Shown here in pieces: positions 1 through 62,466 of a DNA stretch of 64,000 nucleotides (its first letter is position 1; each line of letters begins with the position of its first letter). The position numbers and the translations under genes were made by a program. The notes under the pieces are model-generated. The model was not told the DNA's origin, ran no database searches, and was given only the letters and a program-made list of their open reading frames with translations. Source of the DNA: Paraspadella gotoi. Taxonomy: Eukaryota > Animalia > Chaetognatha. Location of the stretch: contig CM119264.1 in NCBI GenBank assembly GCA_051294375.1, positions 21,060,645 through 21,124,644 on the forward strand. The letters run 5' to 3'.

Positions 1-1469
1 CAAAGAATGTTTCAATTGTATGAAAAGACACTCCCTTAAGTATTAAGATCGCACTAGCATCAAAATACAAGGAGCTGAATTTTATGAAATTGGTACAACC
101 AATATAAAAATTAAGTATATATATTAAGGAATTAGGTGTATATTTGGCTAAATATAAAATCATTAATTTAATCTTTTTAAAATGCGTTAAGCAAATTAAG
201 ATTGGAAAATCGGGTCAAAGAAAAGAATCATATGATTATGATAATTTTCTGAAGAATATCGAATTCTTTTTTATTATTTTTGGAATGAATAACATTTTTA
301 AATTTTTCAAAAGGGTGGACAAATGCGGATGAGATTTATAATGATAACTGTGTGGACGAAACAACCACAACACGTAACCTCCGGTCAAACCATTGACCTT
401 ATTTAACCTTACCCTGATCGTTTCCCCCAGTTCCTTTATGGTCAAACCTGACCTTGTAAATACCATTGTTATAGACTTAGCATCTGAGCCTGTTACCGTT
501 ATATATTTGAACGAAGTAAATAAAAATCTTACTCTGAAAAACTTGTTCCGTCCACAACTGATTAGTAATAAGATGTATCATTAGAAAACTAATTCTGGTT
601 GATTGAAATTGGTTGAAATTCGATGAGTTTTTACTATGTTTTTTCATTAATCATGCATATTACATAATATAAAAATCTTTTTCTTTTATGTACAAACTCG
701 ACCAAAGAGCTATAAATCCCTCCCTTAAATACAAATTTAATTTTTCTCTTCCACCCATCTGGGTGAAACAAACCTCTTAAAGACTCACTCAAAATCGAGA
801 TTTGCTTATAACTTGAGAAAGAATAATTTTTGGGAACTGTAATCTTACCTAAGACTTCGTAGCATTATTAGGGAAAGACTGAATAGGTATTAATGCCCGT
901 ATGTTCAAGTGGCTTTTATCCGGTTTTAATTTTTTTTTTTGGATCACTGTGGGTCGGGGGGGGAGAAAAAAGTGAAAGATGAAAATATAGGGAGGATAAG
1001 AGAAAGAAGGAAGGAAAGACAAGTGTCCGAGAAAGAGAAATCGTTGAAAAGAGCCTAATAATATCAGCTAAAAATTAAACGGGTGAGACCGATGAAAACG
1101 AAGTCTAAGAGTAGACAGACAATTAGCTATGGGATCATTAGGAAAGCAAAGAAGGCCAGAGGAGATAGAAAGATTTTACAGAGAGAGAGAGAGAGAGAGA
1201 GAGATTGAAAACGAGCCCAGAATTGGAAAGGGGGGAAAAATAGAAAGAGATTCCGGGTCGGAAAGATAGAAAACGAGCGGACCATTAGCAGGGGGCTGGA
1301 ACATGATGATGGAATTTATGCAGGATTCTCTAATTGCAGCAAATGGCGAGAGTGAGATAAATAGTGAAATGATAGCCAAGGCAGTGCTTCGCGCCGAGCT
1401 TCCTCCGACTCCCTTCCGGAAACCGGCCCAGCGGAAGCATCGTCCAAACCAAAACATAGATGATATCTC

Positions 1470-1539
<70 letters not shown>

Positions 1540-4500
1540 CCTCCCTGTCTCTCTCTCTCTCTGCCAGCGCTTTCATGTTTACGCGTCTTTTCGGCATCAT
1601 ATTATAATGTATAATGTTTCGTGCTTGGGAGCTTCGGCACAGACTCGCAGCTGTTGAAATCGGATGACCATAACATCCATTAAACCTCGGCTTNNNNNNN
1701 NNNCCAATATAAAAATTAAGTATATATATTAAGTAATAGGTGTATATTTGCTAAATATAAAATCATTAATTTAATCTTTTTAAAAGTGCGTTAAGCAAAT
1801 TAAGATTGGAAAATCGGTCAAAGAAAAGAATCATATGATTAATGATAATTTCTGAAGAATATCGAATTCTTTTTTATTATTTTTGGAATGAATAACATTT
1901 TTAAATTTTTCAAAAGGGTGGACAAATGCGGATGAGATTTAAATGATAACTGTGTGGACGAACAACCACAACACGTAACCTCGGTCAAACCATTGACCTT
2001 ACTTTAACCTTACCCTAGATCGTTTTCCCCCAGTTCCTTTATGGTCAAACCTGACCTTGTAAATACCATTGTTATAGACTTAGCATCTGAGCCTGTTACC
2101 GTTATATTTACTTGTTGAAGAATAAATCATTCTTACTCTGAAAACTTGTTCCGTCCACAACTGATTAGTAATAAGATGTATCATTAGAAACTAATTCTGG
2201 TTGATTGAAATTGGTTGAAATTCGATGAGTTTTTACTATGTTTTTCATATCATTATATTAAATTGATAGTGGTTAAGAATCATGGAGATTCCTAAGAACG
2301 ATATGCAAGGCCAGTGCGAGAGAAAAATGACGAAAAAATCATGACGAGACGGAGAAAGAAGATTTGACGAGAATAGACGTCTGAGAGAGGATATCATGAG
2401 ATAATTAGTTGGAACAGATTCGTAGCGAGAGCCTCGGCCAGAAGCCAGAGGGAGAGAAACAAGCAAAGGAGGAGTGAGGGAGAAGGCGGGAAAAGTACAA
2501 AATAACGGGAGTAGAAGGGGCGTGAGGAATAGGATGGAAGAAAAGCGACCAGGGATCCGAGAGAGAGAAAAATCGAATTGATTGTTGTAATTGTGAGAAA
2601 CCTGGAATGATAGTACTAGACAAATAAGGGAGAGATGGGGAATCGGGAAGACGTGGAAAAGATGGGGGAGATCCAAGAATACTTGGATTTGGGTATGAAA
2701 ATGATGATGATATGGAGAAATACCTGATAATGAAAGCGTTATCAAATGAGGATAATTTAAGATAATGGATTGAACAAAAAACGATGAATATAGGTTTTAC
2801 GTGTGTGGTTTTTTTATTGGTTTTGTGTCTTTTTTTTTTATTTGGTGACTTGCACGTATCCGATGATTTTCGATGAGTACGAACCGAGGGATGGCGTCCG
2901 ACTCCGTCATTGACGGAGGGTATGGATGATCGGGTAGATATGAGGCGATGAGTGTGTAGATTCGGTGTAAATAGAAAAACCGCGAGATCGCATCAGAAAT
3001 GATGGACTCAAAGTCCCTTGGGGTAGATGGTCTCAGTAGTGTGTGTTGCCGGGATTTCCTGGACGGGTGACATGCTGCATGCTGGTCGGCCGTGTAATTA
3101 GGTTTTTTGGTCCGAGTGTTTCCAGCTCTGTCCTTATTGCGGGAAGGAAAATCAGAAAAAGAAGGAAGCAGTTCTTTTTTTTTTTTTTTTTTATGTGTGG
3201 GTTTGCTTTGCTTTAGGTTTTGTGTTCACAATGCTATGTGAAGCTTTAATTCGCGTGTCATACCATATTTCTGCTATTCAATGTCTTGGTCCTACCGTGC
3301 CATTACCGAGAACTCTTCTTAAGGCATTGAATTCTCTGCTAGTCAGGTTGGTTTAAGTTAATGTGTATGTTATGTTCCCTTGATGAAATTGTTGGTCATC
3401 CTTGCGATTTTTCTCTTTAAGCCCAGCTGTGGACGCTATGAGGTCTGTTACTGCACCGGTTAGTTATTGTTTATGCTCGCCAAGCCACCGAAAACTTATC
3501 TTTTTCAATAATATACATAGTCATAATATGGATGCCGAAAAAAGACGCGGTAAACATTGAAAGCGCTGGCAGGGGGAGAGAGAGGTATGAGACATAAGTG
3601 TTCCGACTGGAGTCCTCAGGGTCCTCCATACTCATTGAGTGGGAGTGATCTCAGTGATTAAGATTGTGTGTGTGAGATTAGAAGGTATATGACGAGACTG
3701 CATGACGATGTGGGAGACGATTGAGAAGGGAGGAGAAGATGGGACGAGTAGGAGATGGATTCTCGAGGAGAGTGGGGTAGTCGAGACGGTGAGGAGTGAC
3801 GATGGAGAGAGAGAGAGAGAGAGAGAGATGGGGGAGAGAGTGAGATATCATCTATGTTTTGGTTGGACGATTGCTCCGCTGGGCCGGTTTCCGGAAGGAG
3901 TCGGAGGAAGCTCGTCGCGCGAAGCACTGCCTTGGCTATCATTTCACTATTTATCTCACTCTCGCCATTTGCTGCAATTAGAGAATCCTGCATAAATTCC
4001 ATCATCATGTTCCAGCCCCCTGCTAATGGTCCGCTCGTTTTCTATCTTTTCCGACCCGGAATCCTCTTTCTATTTTTCCCCCCTTTCCAATTCTGGGCCG
4101 TGTTTTCAATCTCTCTTCTCTCCTCTCTCTTCTCTCTGTAAAATCTTTCTATCTCCTCTGGCCTTCTTTGCTTTCCTAATGATCCCATAGCTAATTGTCT
4201 GTTCTACTCTTAGACTTCGTTTTCATCGGTCTCACCGTTTAATTTTTAGCTGATATTATTAGGCTCTTTTTCAACGATTTCTCTCTTTCTCGGACACTTG
4301 CTTTTCTTCTTCTCTTTCTCTTATCCTCCTATATTTTCTTCCTTCTACTTTTTTTCTCCCCCCCCGACCCACAGTGATCCAAAAAAAAAAATTAAAACCG
4401 GATAAAAGCCACTTGAACATACGGGCATTAATACCTATTCAGTCTTTCCCTAATAATGCTACGAAGTCTTAGGTAAGAAGATTACAGTTCCCAAAAATTA

Positions 4501-5345
4501 TTCTTTCTCAAGTTATAAGCAAATCTCGATTTGATTGAGTGTCTTTAAGAGGTTTGTTTCACCCAGATGGGTGGAAGAGAAAAAATTATTTGACTTTGTT
4601 ATGATTAAAGCTCTTTGTCTAGTTGTTTAAACAAATAAAAAGATTTTTATATATAATTATGTCAATATGCATGATGATAAAAAAACATATAGTAAAAACT
4701 CAGTCGAATTTCAACCAATTTCAATCAACCAGAATTAGTTTCTAATGATACATCTTATTACTAATCAGTTGTGGACGGAACAAGTTTTCAGAGTAAGAAT
4801 TGATTTATTCTTCAACAAGTAAATATAACGCGTAACAGGCTCAGATGCTAAGTCTATAACAATGGTATTTACAAGGTCAGGTTTTGACCATAAGGAACTG
4901 CGGGGAAAACGATCAATGGTGTTGACCGGATGTTAATATCCGTGTTTGAGTGGTTGTTCGTGCCACACTAGTTATCATTTTAAATCTCATCCGCATTTGT
5001 CCACCCTTTTGAAAAAATTTAAAAATGTTATTCATTCCAAAAATAATAAAAAAGAATTCGATACTCCAGTGAAAATTATCATTAATCATATGATTCTTTT
5101 CTTTGACTCGCGATTTTCTCAATCTAGATTTTGCTGTCTAACGCAACTTTTAAAAAGAATTTAAATTAATGCATTTTATATTTAGCCAAATATACACCTA
5201 TTACTTAATATATATACTTAATTTTTATATTGGTTGTACCAATTTCATAAAATTCAGCTCCTTTTTGTGAATGCTTGTCTGCGAGTCCATAGTATTCGCT
5301 CGATCTAATACTTAAAGCAGTCTGTGCTTCTTCCGAATACAATTG
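1..5345. repeat. Direct and inverted duplication around gaps: 99-648 repeated at 1704-2248; ~14-1500 inverted at ~3810-5342
   Basis: Near-identical text, e.g. the duplicated ORF MMMEFMQDSL at 1303+ and 4008-. Differences are mainly small indels; bounded by N gaps at 1694-1703 and 5457-5480. Confidence 0.9.
351..556 (+). mobile_element. Solo LTR (Gypsy-like)
   Basis: TGTGGACG...CGTCCACA termini, 4-bp TSD ACTG (347-350 and 557-560), AATAAA near the 3' end; related to the LTR at 36405-36631. Copies at about 1953-2159 (+) and 4770-4965 (-) lie in the duplicated segments. Confidence 0.7.
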
Positions 5346-5820
5346 TACCACACCTTCTCCTCTGAAATTTATTGTTCTACTTCATTGATACGGGAAGCCC
5401 CCGCTTACTCTGGGCCATAACCGGTGGAAGAGTAAACGGGACTGTAAGTTGAGAGTNNNNNNNNNNNNNNNNNNNNNNNNNATCTTCCCACTTCAATTTA
5501 CTTCAGTGTTGTTGATTGAGTCGGAACGAGATTGGCGTCCTCTCTTTGGGAGCCAAGAGCGATGAGGCCCTCGAATACAGAGAGTTCAGTTCCCACGTCC
5601 TCATTAATTCGTTTTGAGAATTAATTGAGTTTTTTTGTATTAACTTTTTTCTTAGATATTTCTGATATTAAGAAATAGGTTTGATTCCCATATCAAGTTT
5701 TAAAAGTGAAGAAAATCCTCCTAAACTTAACCCCATTACCGTTTGTTTTGGATTTAAAGAATTAAAAAAGAAGCGGTGATATTGTCCTCTACCGTCGAAC
5801 GAATTAAACCTGCCAAACAG

Positions 5821-6424
5821 AAGAACAACGACAATGTTTAACGCCAACGAAGAAGATGACGAAGACGAGACGGAATGGCCCTCCCACCTGGACAGCCTTG
5901 AGAAAAGCCCCAACTCGCGGCCGGGCGGGGACCAATTGGATCGAGACACCAACAAATCCCTGAACTACTTGAATATGTCGTCGTCGAAGTCGGAGATGCC
6001 CGGCGAGACGGAGGAGAGGTTGGGGACTTGGGATTTTCATTTCGAGTAGCGGTGACCACCTCTCTGTCTCCCGTCTGTTTTTGAGTTGTGCCGCGATTAC
6101 GTTTAACTCGTTCACTTCCTTGCTCTTTTCCCATTTTCTTAGCAATTTCGTCGATGGGACCAAAAAGACGGAGACGACAACGAAGATGACGAAGGCGACG
6201 AGTGGTGCAGAGGAAGAGGAGTTATTGTCGGAAAGTCGCCTCTTCAATCAAAAGTTGGATGAAGAGGAGAGTTGGGGGGAAAAAGAAATATGAATTTTTT
6301 TTTCATTAATAGACTACCGCCTTGATATCTTTGCCAATCGTAAAATTTTAGTGGATGGGGCAGAAGGGAGGTGTTTTTTTTTTTTTTAATAGAAACGATA
6401 GTAAATAATTCAAATGAAACTAAT

Positions 6425-6518
<94 letters not shown>

Positions 6519-6737
6519 CTAGGAGGACGAAGAATACACGGACCCAACCCTTACGCCAGCGGCGTAGCCTCGGGACACAAAGCCACATCGTCTCTCGAAT
6601 CCCTCGAGACGAGTCTCCGTTGTGGCCGATGCAATCGATCGGAAACCGAATAGCTGAAGGAGTTCGAGTCCGTCCTCAGCACCAACGAGTCCATGGTCAG
6701 GAGGATGCAGATCGAGCAGCAGCTCGTTAACGATGAG
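5821..6737 (+). CDS. Candidate additional 5' exons of the DRC1 gene (acidic N-terminal extension)
   Basis: GC-rich exon-like blocks at about 5821-6018, 6142-6270, 6523-6563 and 6654-6737 with AG/GT boundaries. 6654-6737 (LKEFESVLSTNESMVRRMQIEQQLVND) splices in phase 2 onto 6916. The upstream junctions are ambiguous. Confidence 0.45.
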
Positions 6738-7099
6738 TTAGAGGAGGAAGAAGGAGGAGGAGGAGAGAGGAGATGGAGGGGGAGGGAGAGGATGGGGAGT
6801 AGGAGGAGGAGGAGGAGGAGGAGATGAATGGGAGGTGAGGAGAGAGAGGAGTCGAACGGGATGGGGTGGAGGTGGTGAGGTGTATGGGGTGGGGAGGAGG
6901 AAGGATAAAATCAAGCGGTGTCGGCCAAGGGGCGTGGTTCGTCAGCGCCGTCCCTTCCCAGGAAGAGTTCGAACAGCCTCAGGAGGCTGAGGAAGAATCC
7001 GGCATCGTCTCCATCAATCGCAATCCTTCGTCGAAAAAGCAACAAGTTCCTGGCGACGAAAACGCGAACGACGACGACGTCGCCAATATAAACGCCGAA

Positions 7100-14267
<7,168 letters not shown>

Positions 14268-14904
14268 ATGTTCGACACGATTTTTAATATTTATATATTT
14301 TTAATGCATAAAGTATATATTTAGTTGTAGTAAACAATTGAGAGAAATATTTTTTGGGGGTTAAATCTTTAGACAATTCAGAAATTTTGGATAAAATATG
14401 AAGAAAATGCCAACGAAATAGCAAAAATTGTAAAAAAGAAAGAAAGAAAGAAAGAAAAAAGAAGAAAAAAAAAGGAACTGACACTACCGCAAAAACATCG
14501 TAACTTACGAAAAATAAAAAAAGAGAATGATGAATAAAGACAGCGACAAAAAAGGAAATACATGTCGTAAATGTTTTTCGTGCCATAAATATCGGTAACT
14601 TCAAGTAGAGGTCTGTAATTCTCCCACCTCTTCTTATCTCTCTCTCTCTCTCTCTCTCGTCTCTTCTCTCTCTCTCTCTCTCTGCTCTCTCTCCTCTCTC
14701 TCTCTTTCTCTCTAGTCTCCTCTGTCTCTCTCTCTCTGTGTCTCTCTCTCTCTCTCCACGCCACCATTACCTGGTGTGTCGATATTCACCACCTCTCGGA
14801 TTCCCCCTCTCTCCTCAACGCACGTCAACGAAGGAATTCGTTCGGTGCGTCCGTGGTAAATGGTTTCCTTGGCAGAGGCGAAGGAAAAAGATGGTCAAAC
14901 TTGG

Positions 14905-14998
<94 letters not shown>

Positions 14999-15458
14999 TG
15001 AGAGAGAGAAAGAAAGAGAGAGAGGAAAAAGAGAGGTTAACAGAGGTTAATGACGTACGGAGGCCGAAGTCGGCGGCGTCGACCTGTTTCCATTTTCTTC
15101 CGGCGCTGGAAGGCTCCGTATATTATTATATTCGCCAGGTGAGGACGGGTGAGTAAACGGGGGAAAGGTGGCCGAGGGTCGGGGGTCGACCGTTCCCTGA
15201 TTGGCTGCGGAGTTGAATCCCGGCATTTTTCATCGACGCTCGCGATGTTTTGTTTTGTTGTTTTTTTTTTGGGGGGGGAAGGGAGATGAGGGTGATCATT
15301 GCCGTTAATCTGGTGGTCAGATTTATTGTCCAGAATTCGAAATATATCATTTCATCAAAAAAAGACATTTTGCTTTATGGAGTTCGTGAACAAAGAAGCG
15401 AGAGGCGAGACACAAATTGAAAGAAAGAAGAAATGAGAGAGAGAGAGAGAGAGAGAGA

Positions 15459-15494
<36 letters not shown>

Positions 15495-15719
15495 AGAGAG
15501 GAGAGAGGAGAGAGAGAGAGGAGAGAAGAAAGAAGTGGAATAGATCGCAAGAAAAGTCAAAGTGTTTCTCTGCGCGCGAAGTTGTTGAGAAAGAAAGAAA
15601 TGCTGACCTAAATCAGAAAGTAGTTTTTGACCTGAACATCATTGCCTCATCTCATATCACATCAACGTCACAACCTGCATCATCATCATCTCATCATTCA
15701 ATCATGCAATTACAATACT

Positions 15720-15760
<41 letters not shown>

Positions 15761-18700
15761 TACCATCGTCGTAATAATCAGATCAGCGGGAGTGACATCT
15801 TGGCAAGAGAACGGTGCAACTGATCGTTATATTCATTGCTGTCGTCGTCGTCCTCTTTTATCGGCGCCTTTTTTGAGACGGTGATGAATCGGCGAGATGA
15901 CCTGGTCGGTCGGTCAATCGCAATTTCCTTAGTTGTCGTCGTACTATTTTTTTTTCCTGTGGTTGACGTCATCGTCGTCTCTGTATTGATAATCAAAATG
16001 CCTAATATATCGTAAAAATAAGAATCTTCGACTGATTTACCCAAAAAAATTAAACGTTGATGTCTCTCCTCATTTTCGACGAGTAATTTTGTTTGTTCAA
16101 ATCACTTAGATTCGTCAACCTTGTCGAAACGTTGTGGCAAAAAAAAAAAAATCTTGGAAAATTGGAAAAAGAAAAAAACGGCGGCATTGAGAGGGGTGGA
16201 GTATTGGGAGGAGCGAAAGGCGAGGGGGGGAGTGTTTGAAGAGTTTTCGACAAAACCGAATCTCGAGAGAAAAATGATTTCGACTGACGGAAAGACTTTG
16301 ATGGCACCGAGACTTTAAGGAGGGAGGAGGTAGAGGAGGAGGAGGTAGAGGGAGGAGGAAGAAGGAGGAGGGGAGAAGTGGGGGAAGAGTACTGGAAATG
16401 GAAGAGGCGAGAAATACAAAGGAAAAGAAAATCAGGATGGGAGATCCGGCGAGGGAAGAGAATGACGGAAAGTTTTCGGCTTGAATGAAGATACCGGATA
16501 CAAAATACAAGAATGACGTACCTAACTGACAAAATTTGAAATCACTGAGGGAGTAAAAGAGTGGCATTGAAGGTTTACTGAGAAGCAAGCGGGAGAGGCA
16601 TAATAAAAGAGAGATAAAGAAAGAGAGAGAGAGAGAGAGATAGAGAAAGAGAGAGATAAAGAGAGCAGAGATAAAAGAGAGAGAGATAAAGAGAGAGGAG
16701 AGACGAGAGAGAGAGAGAGAGAGAGAGGAGAAAGAGAGAGATGAGAGGAGAGAGATAAAGAGAGAGAGAGAGAGAGAAGAGAGGAGAGAGAGAAGAGAGA
16801 GATGAGAGAGACGATGGAGATTGAGAGAGAGAGAGAGAGAGAGATAGAGAGAGAGAAGACAGAGAAGACAGGAAGAAAGAGAACGAGTGCAAGAGCTTGT
16901 TCTAAGATCGTGGATAATTTGATGAGAAATTCCATCACGATGTATGAAGAGAGGGGTCGAACCCGCGACCCTGAAACTAGACGAGAGAAAAAAATCGATG
17001 GAAGATTGGCGGAAGGGGATTCGAAGAGGCGGAGGTTGAAGAGAGTGGCGGTGTCGGTGGCGGTAGTGGTGGTGGCAGCAATGACTAAGGGTGTAAAGGA
17101 GTGGCATGAGAAAGGGAAGTCTCGTTGGGCGTGACAGAGTTGGAAGACATCGGTGTCCGTTGACGATTTAGACAACGTTCAGAGCGAAACGGTAAACCTG
17201 AAGTTCGATACATGTTGCAGCTTCATTTTGTGGTATTTCTATTACGGAAGCCGCCGTTGCCGCATCTGCTGTGGCGTTGGCGCTCGTTCTGCATCTTCGC
17301 TTACTCGATTGCCGCAGCAATAAGAGAGTCCGAAGAAGAAGCAACGAATCTGGCGAGGACTTCGATCGACGCTGAACTGTTTCGACGTAAAATATATATA
17401 TATGTATATATAGAAAATGTAATCTCTTTTAAAAGACATATGTATATCTAAATGATAAGACAGAAAATTGACCGAGAAGACGAAAATTGCGTCGATGAGA
17501 CACGTCATCGCGTTATCAGAAATCAAGGGGAAATAAAAAAAAGTCAAAGGAAATTTTAAATCTTCTCGTGTTATCAGTTCAGTGCGATCTTGGGAAACGC
17601 CTCAAACTCACGTCAAAGAAACCCGAGAAAAAAAAAGATACCGCGGAGGCACATAAAAAGTAAATCTTATTTCGAAGGAAAATGGAAAAAAAAAAAAAAT
17701 TGTAAACAGAGTAGGATTTTTCCTAATGTCCCATTTTCTAGCTTTTAAGCCGCGCATAAAAATAAAGTAAGGAAAACAGAGCTATAGTGTTAGAACATCA
17801 CAGGACAAAGTGAGTATTAAACTGTAACTTAAACCAAAAAAATTAACATATCATTGCTCTAATAAAAGAATATAGGTTAAGTGTTCAAATTTCAATAGTT
17901 TGACTCCGTTGAAATCGATATTATACAAAAACCACGAAGTGAATGATTGGAAAATAAGAAGAGAGTAAAGGCAGAAGAGAAGATAATAAACGCCAAAGAA
18001 AAGAAAGTGGAGCGAATCCTCATGGGGCGTGAAAACCGACGGCGTAACCAGGAGAAGAAAGTTATGCCCTTGGAAATCCCTCACGAAGACGACGACGAAG
18101 ACAACGACGACGACGAAGACGACGGCTTAACAGGTCTGGATGACGACAGTTTTGACTGTGACAAACATGACAGATATGAATTCCGAGAAATCGATATTCC
18201 TCTTTTAAACTCCTTATTTGCTTTATATCTTTTTTCCTTGAAGAATTTTTTTTTCTTCCAGACGAAATTGTTCCTACGACGCCGCGTTACAATCGCTCGA
18301 GGTGTGTGATGAAGTCGTAAATCAAGAAAGTAATTTCTCTCTCTCTCTCTCATCCGGTCTCCCTCTCGTCTTCTCTCTCTCGCTCTCTCTCTCGCTCTAC
18401 CTCGAGGGCTCTAGGGAACAAGGGAAGAGACAGAAGGCCGAATACTCGGAGAAACGGGAAGAAAAAACAGAGGACGACGATGAAGACGACGATAAAGACG
18501 ACGAGGTCGATGTGGTTAAGACGGATGCGTCGTCGCGGGGAGAGAGGAAAGCTTAGGGTTCGAGGTCAAGTCTTTTCTGATTTCCGCGTCAAAAGTTAAG
18601 GTTTGAAAACAATACAAAAATAATCAAAAAAGTACTTATACTATGACGAAAAATATCAAGAACGAAAAAGGAAAAAAAGGCGGAAGGGAGGAAAGAAAAC

Positions 18701-18791
18701 AACGAAAAATGGCCCAAAAAAAATGAGGAAGAAGTTTCCCTCGACGAAGGATCAGTGACTGGTGATTGGTTTTATGGTCACAAAGCGTGAT

Positions 18792-18840
<49 letters not shown>

Positions 18841-18991
18841 GGGAGAGGAGAGAGAGAGAGAGAGAGTGGAAAGGAGGGCGCGAAAGTATAGCGCTACTTG
18901 GGCCTTTAAAAAATCTTGGAGGGGCCCGCGGAGAATTCTGGAAAACTTTCGTCAAAGAGAAATCCCTTTCATGAGACTCTAGAGACTCTGT

Positions 18992-61166
<42,175 letters not shown>

Positions 61167-61237
61167 CTGGTGGAGAAAGAAAAGTAGCGATTTGATATGA
61201 TTGTTTCACTGAAATTTGTCCAATCATATATATTTCT

Positions 61238-61350
<113 letters not shown>

Positions 61351-62262
61351 GTCCTCCATTGCCTCCTTTCTTTCTTACCTCCTCTTTCTCTTTCACTATT
61401 TTCGTCTTTTTCTTTTTATCTTTCCCTCGAATATTTTTCTCTCGAACCCTTTCTCTCCCTTTAAATAGAAGAGAGAGAGAAGAGAGAGAGAGAGAGACGC
61501 AGAAGAGAGAGAGAGAGAGAGAGACTGAGAGAAGAAGAGCAGAGAGAGAGAGATGCGTGTTAAAAATAGAATCTCCCGTTTTTTCGCCGATAATTAGCCT
61601 CATCCTCCAAGTGATGACTTTGAGTGAAAACAAACAAGAATAGGAGAGAAAAAAAACTGAAAAGAAAAGAAGAGAAAATAAAGATAAAGATGAAAAAAAG
61701 AAGAGAACGAATAGAAAAGGAGCGAGAGGAAAAGAAAAGAGAAAAGAGATAGAAATAAATCGCGGCCATCTTTATTTTTTTTTGTTCAAGCGGATTCGGC
61801 GGGTCCCAGCGCTCTTTGCGCGAGACTTACTCCATCTTTTCATTGTGTTTATCGCGTTAGAGGCAATCAAGCTCGGAGTCCCGACGATCTCGGGGTCTTT
61901 TTCGACCCCGCTTTTCTCACAATGTCTTATCTTTCTTCTTCTGTTTTTAATGATAGTACCATTTCTCCTTTTCTCCCTTTTGTTTACCATCTGCCAACCC
62001 CAAAATACTTTTATTCCACGTTCTATCTTGTCTCATAAGCCTTTCCTTTTCAAACTCTCCTATAAAATCCTCATTTCCTAATTTTTTTTCGTAATATAGT
62101 GAATTTATTCAATATCATTTTGTTATAACTATCATTTTTGTAAATTAAAAAAAAATGGTTAAGTAAAAAATTCCAGATTCTTACATATGTATTTATTAAA
62201 ATAAAAAAACAATAAAAAAAAACAATAAAATACAAAAATAATTTAAAAATTTACTTATCATT

Positions 62263-62466
62263 AAAAACAAAAGGCGCGGCGCCAGTAGTCGCTTAGATTT
62301 GATTTTTAACAAATGAGCAATAATCTATAGGCAAGTTATAAACGTTTTTAACGTAAGTGAGACAGACCGACGGACAGACATACTGACGGACCGACCAACC
62401 GTCCAACCGACCGACCGAAAAGTGACTTATAGAGTTGCTCCGCGAGTACTCGCGGCGCAACTAAAA
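62263..62466 (+). mobile_element. Short HINE/DINE-like element (second family)
   Basis: AAACAAAAG start, (GACC/GACA)n, GACCGAAAAGTGACTTATAGAG similar to 41360-41381, terminal hairpin GTTGCTCCGCGAGTACTCGCGGCGCAAC. Confidence 0.7.

Noticed and set aside
6645-6660. Stop-codon readthrough or recoding at the in-frame TAG (GAA TAG CTG)
   Set aside because: More simply explained as a 3' splice site with a phase-0 GT donor at ~6564; TAG also appears to serve as the DRC1 stop.
14600-17175. Long ORFs rich in SL/ER repeats (e.g. 16115-17107, 330 aa) and similar ORFs across the window
   Set aside because: They are translations of stop-free (CT/AG)n microsatellites with no domain signal.
17947-18556. 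Acidic/basic ORFs (MENKKRVK..., EDDDEDDDK)
   Set aside because: Driven by (GAC)n low-complexity sequence, with no consistent splice chain or recognisable domain.
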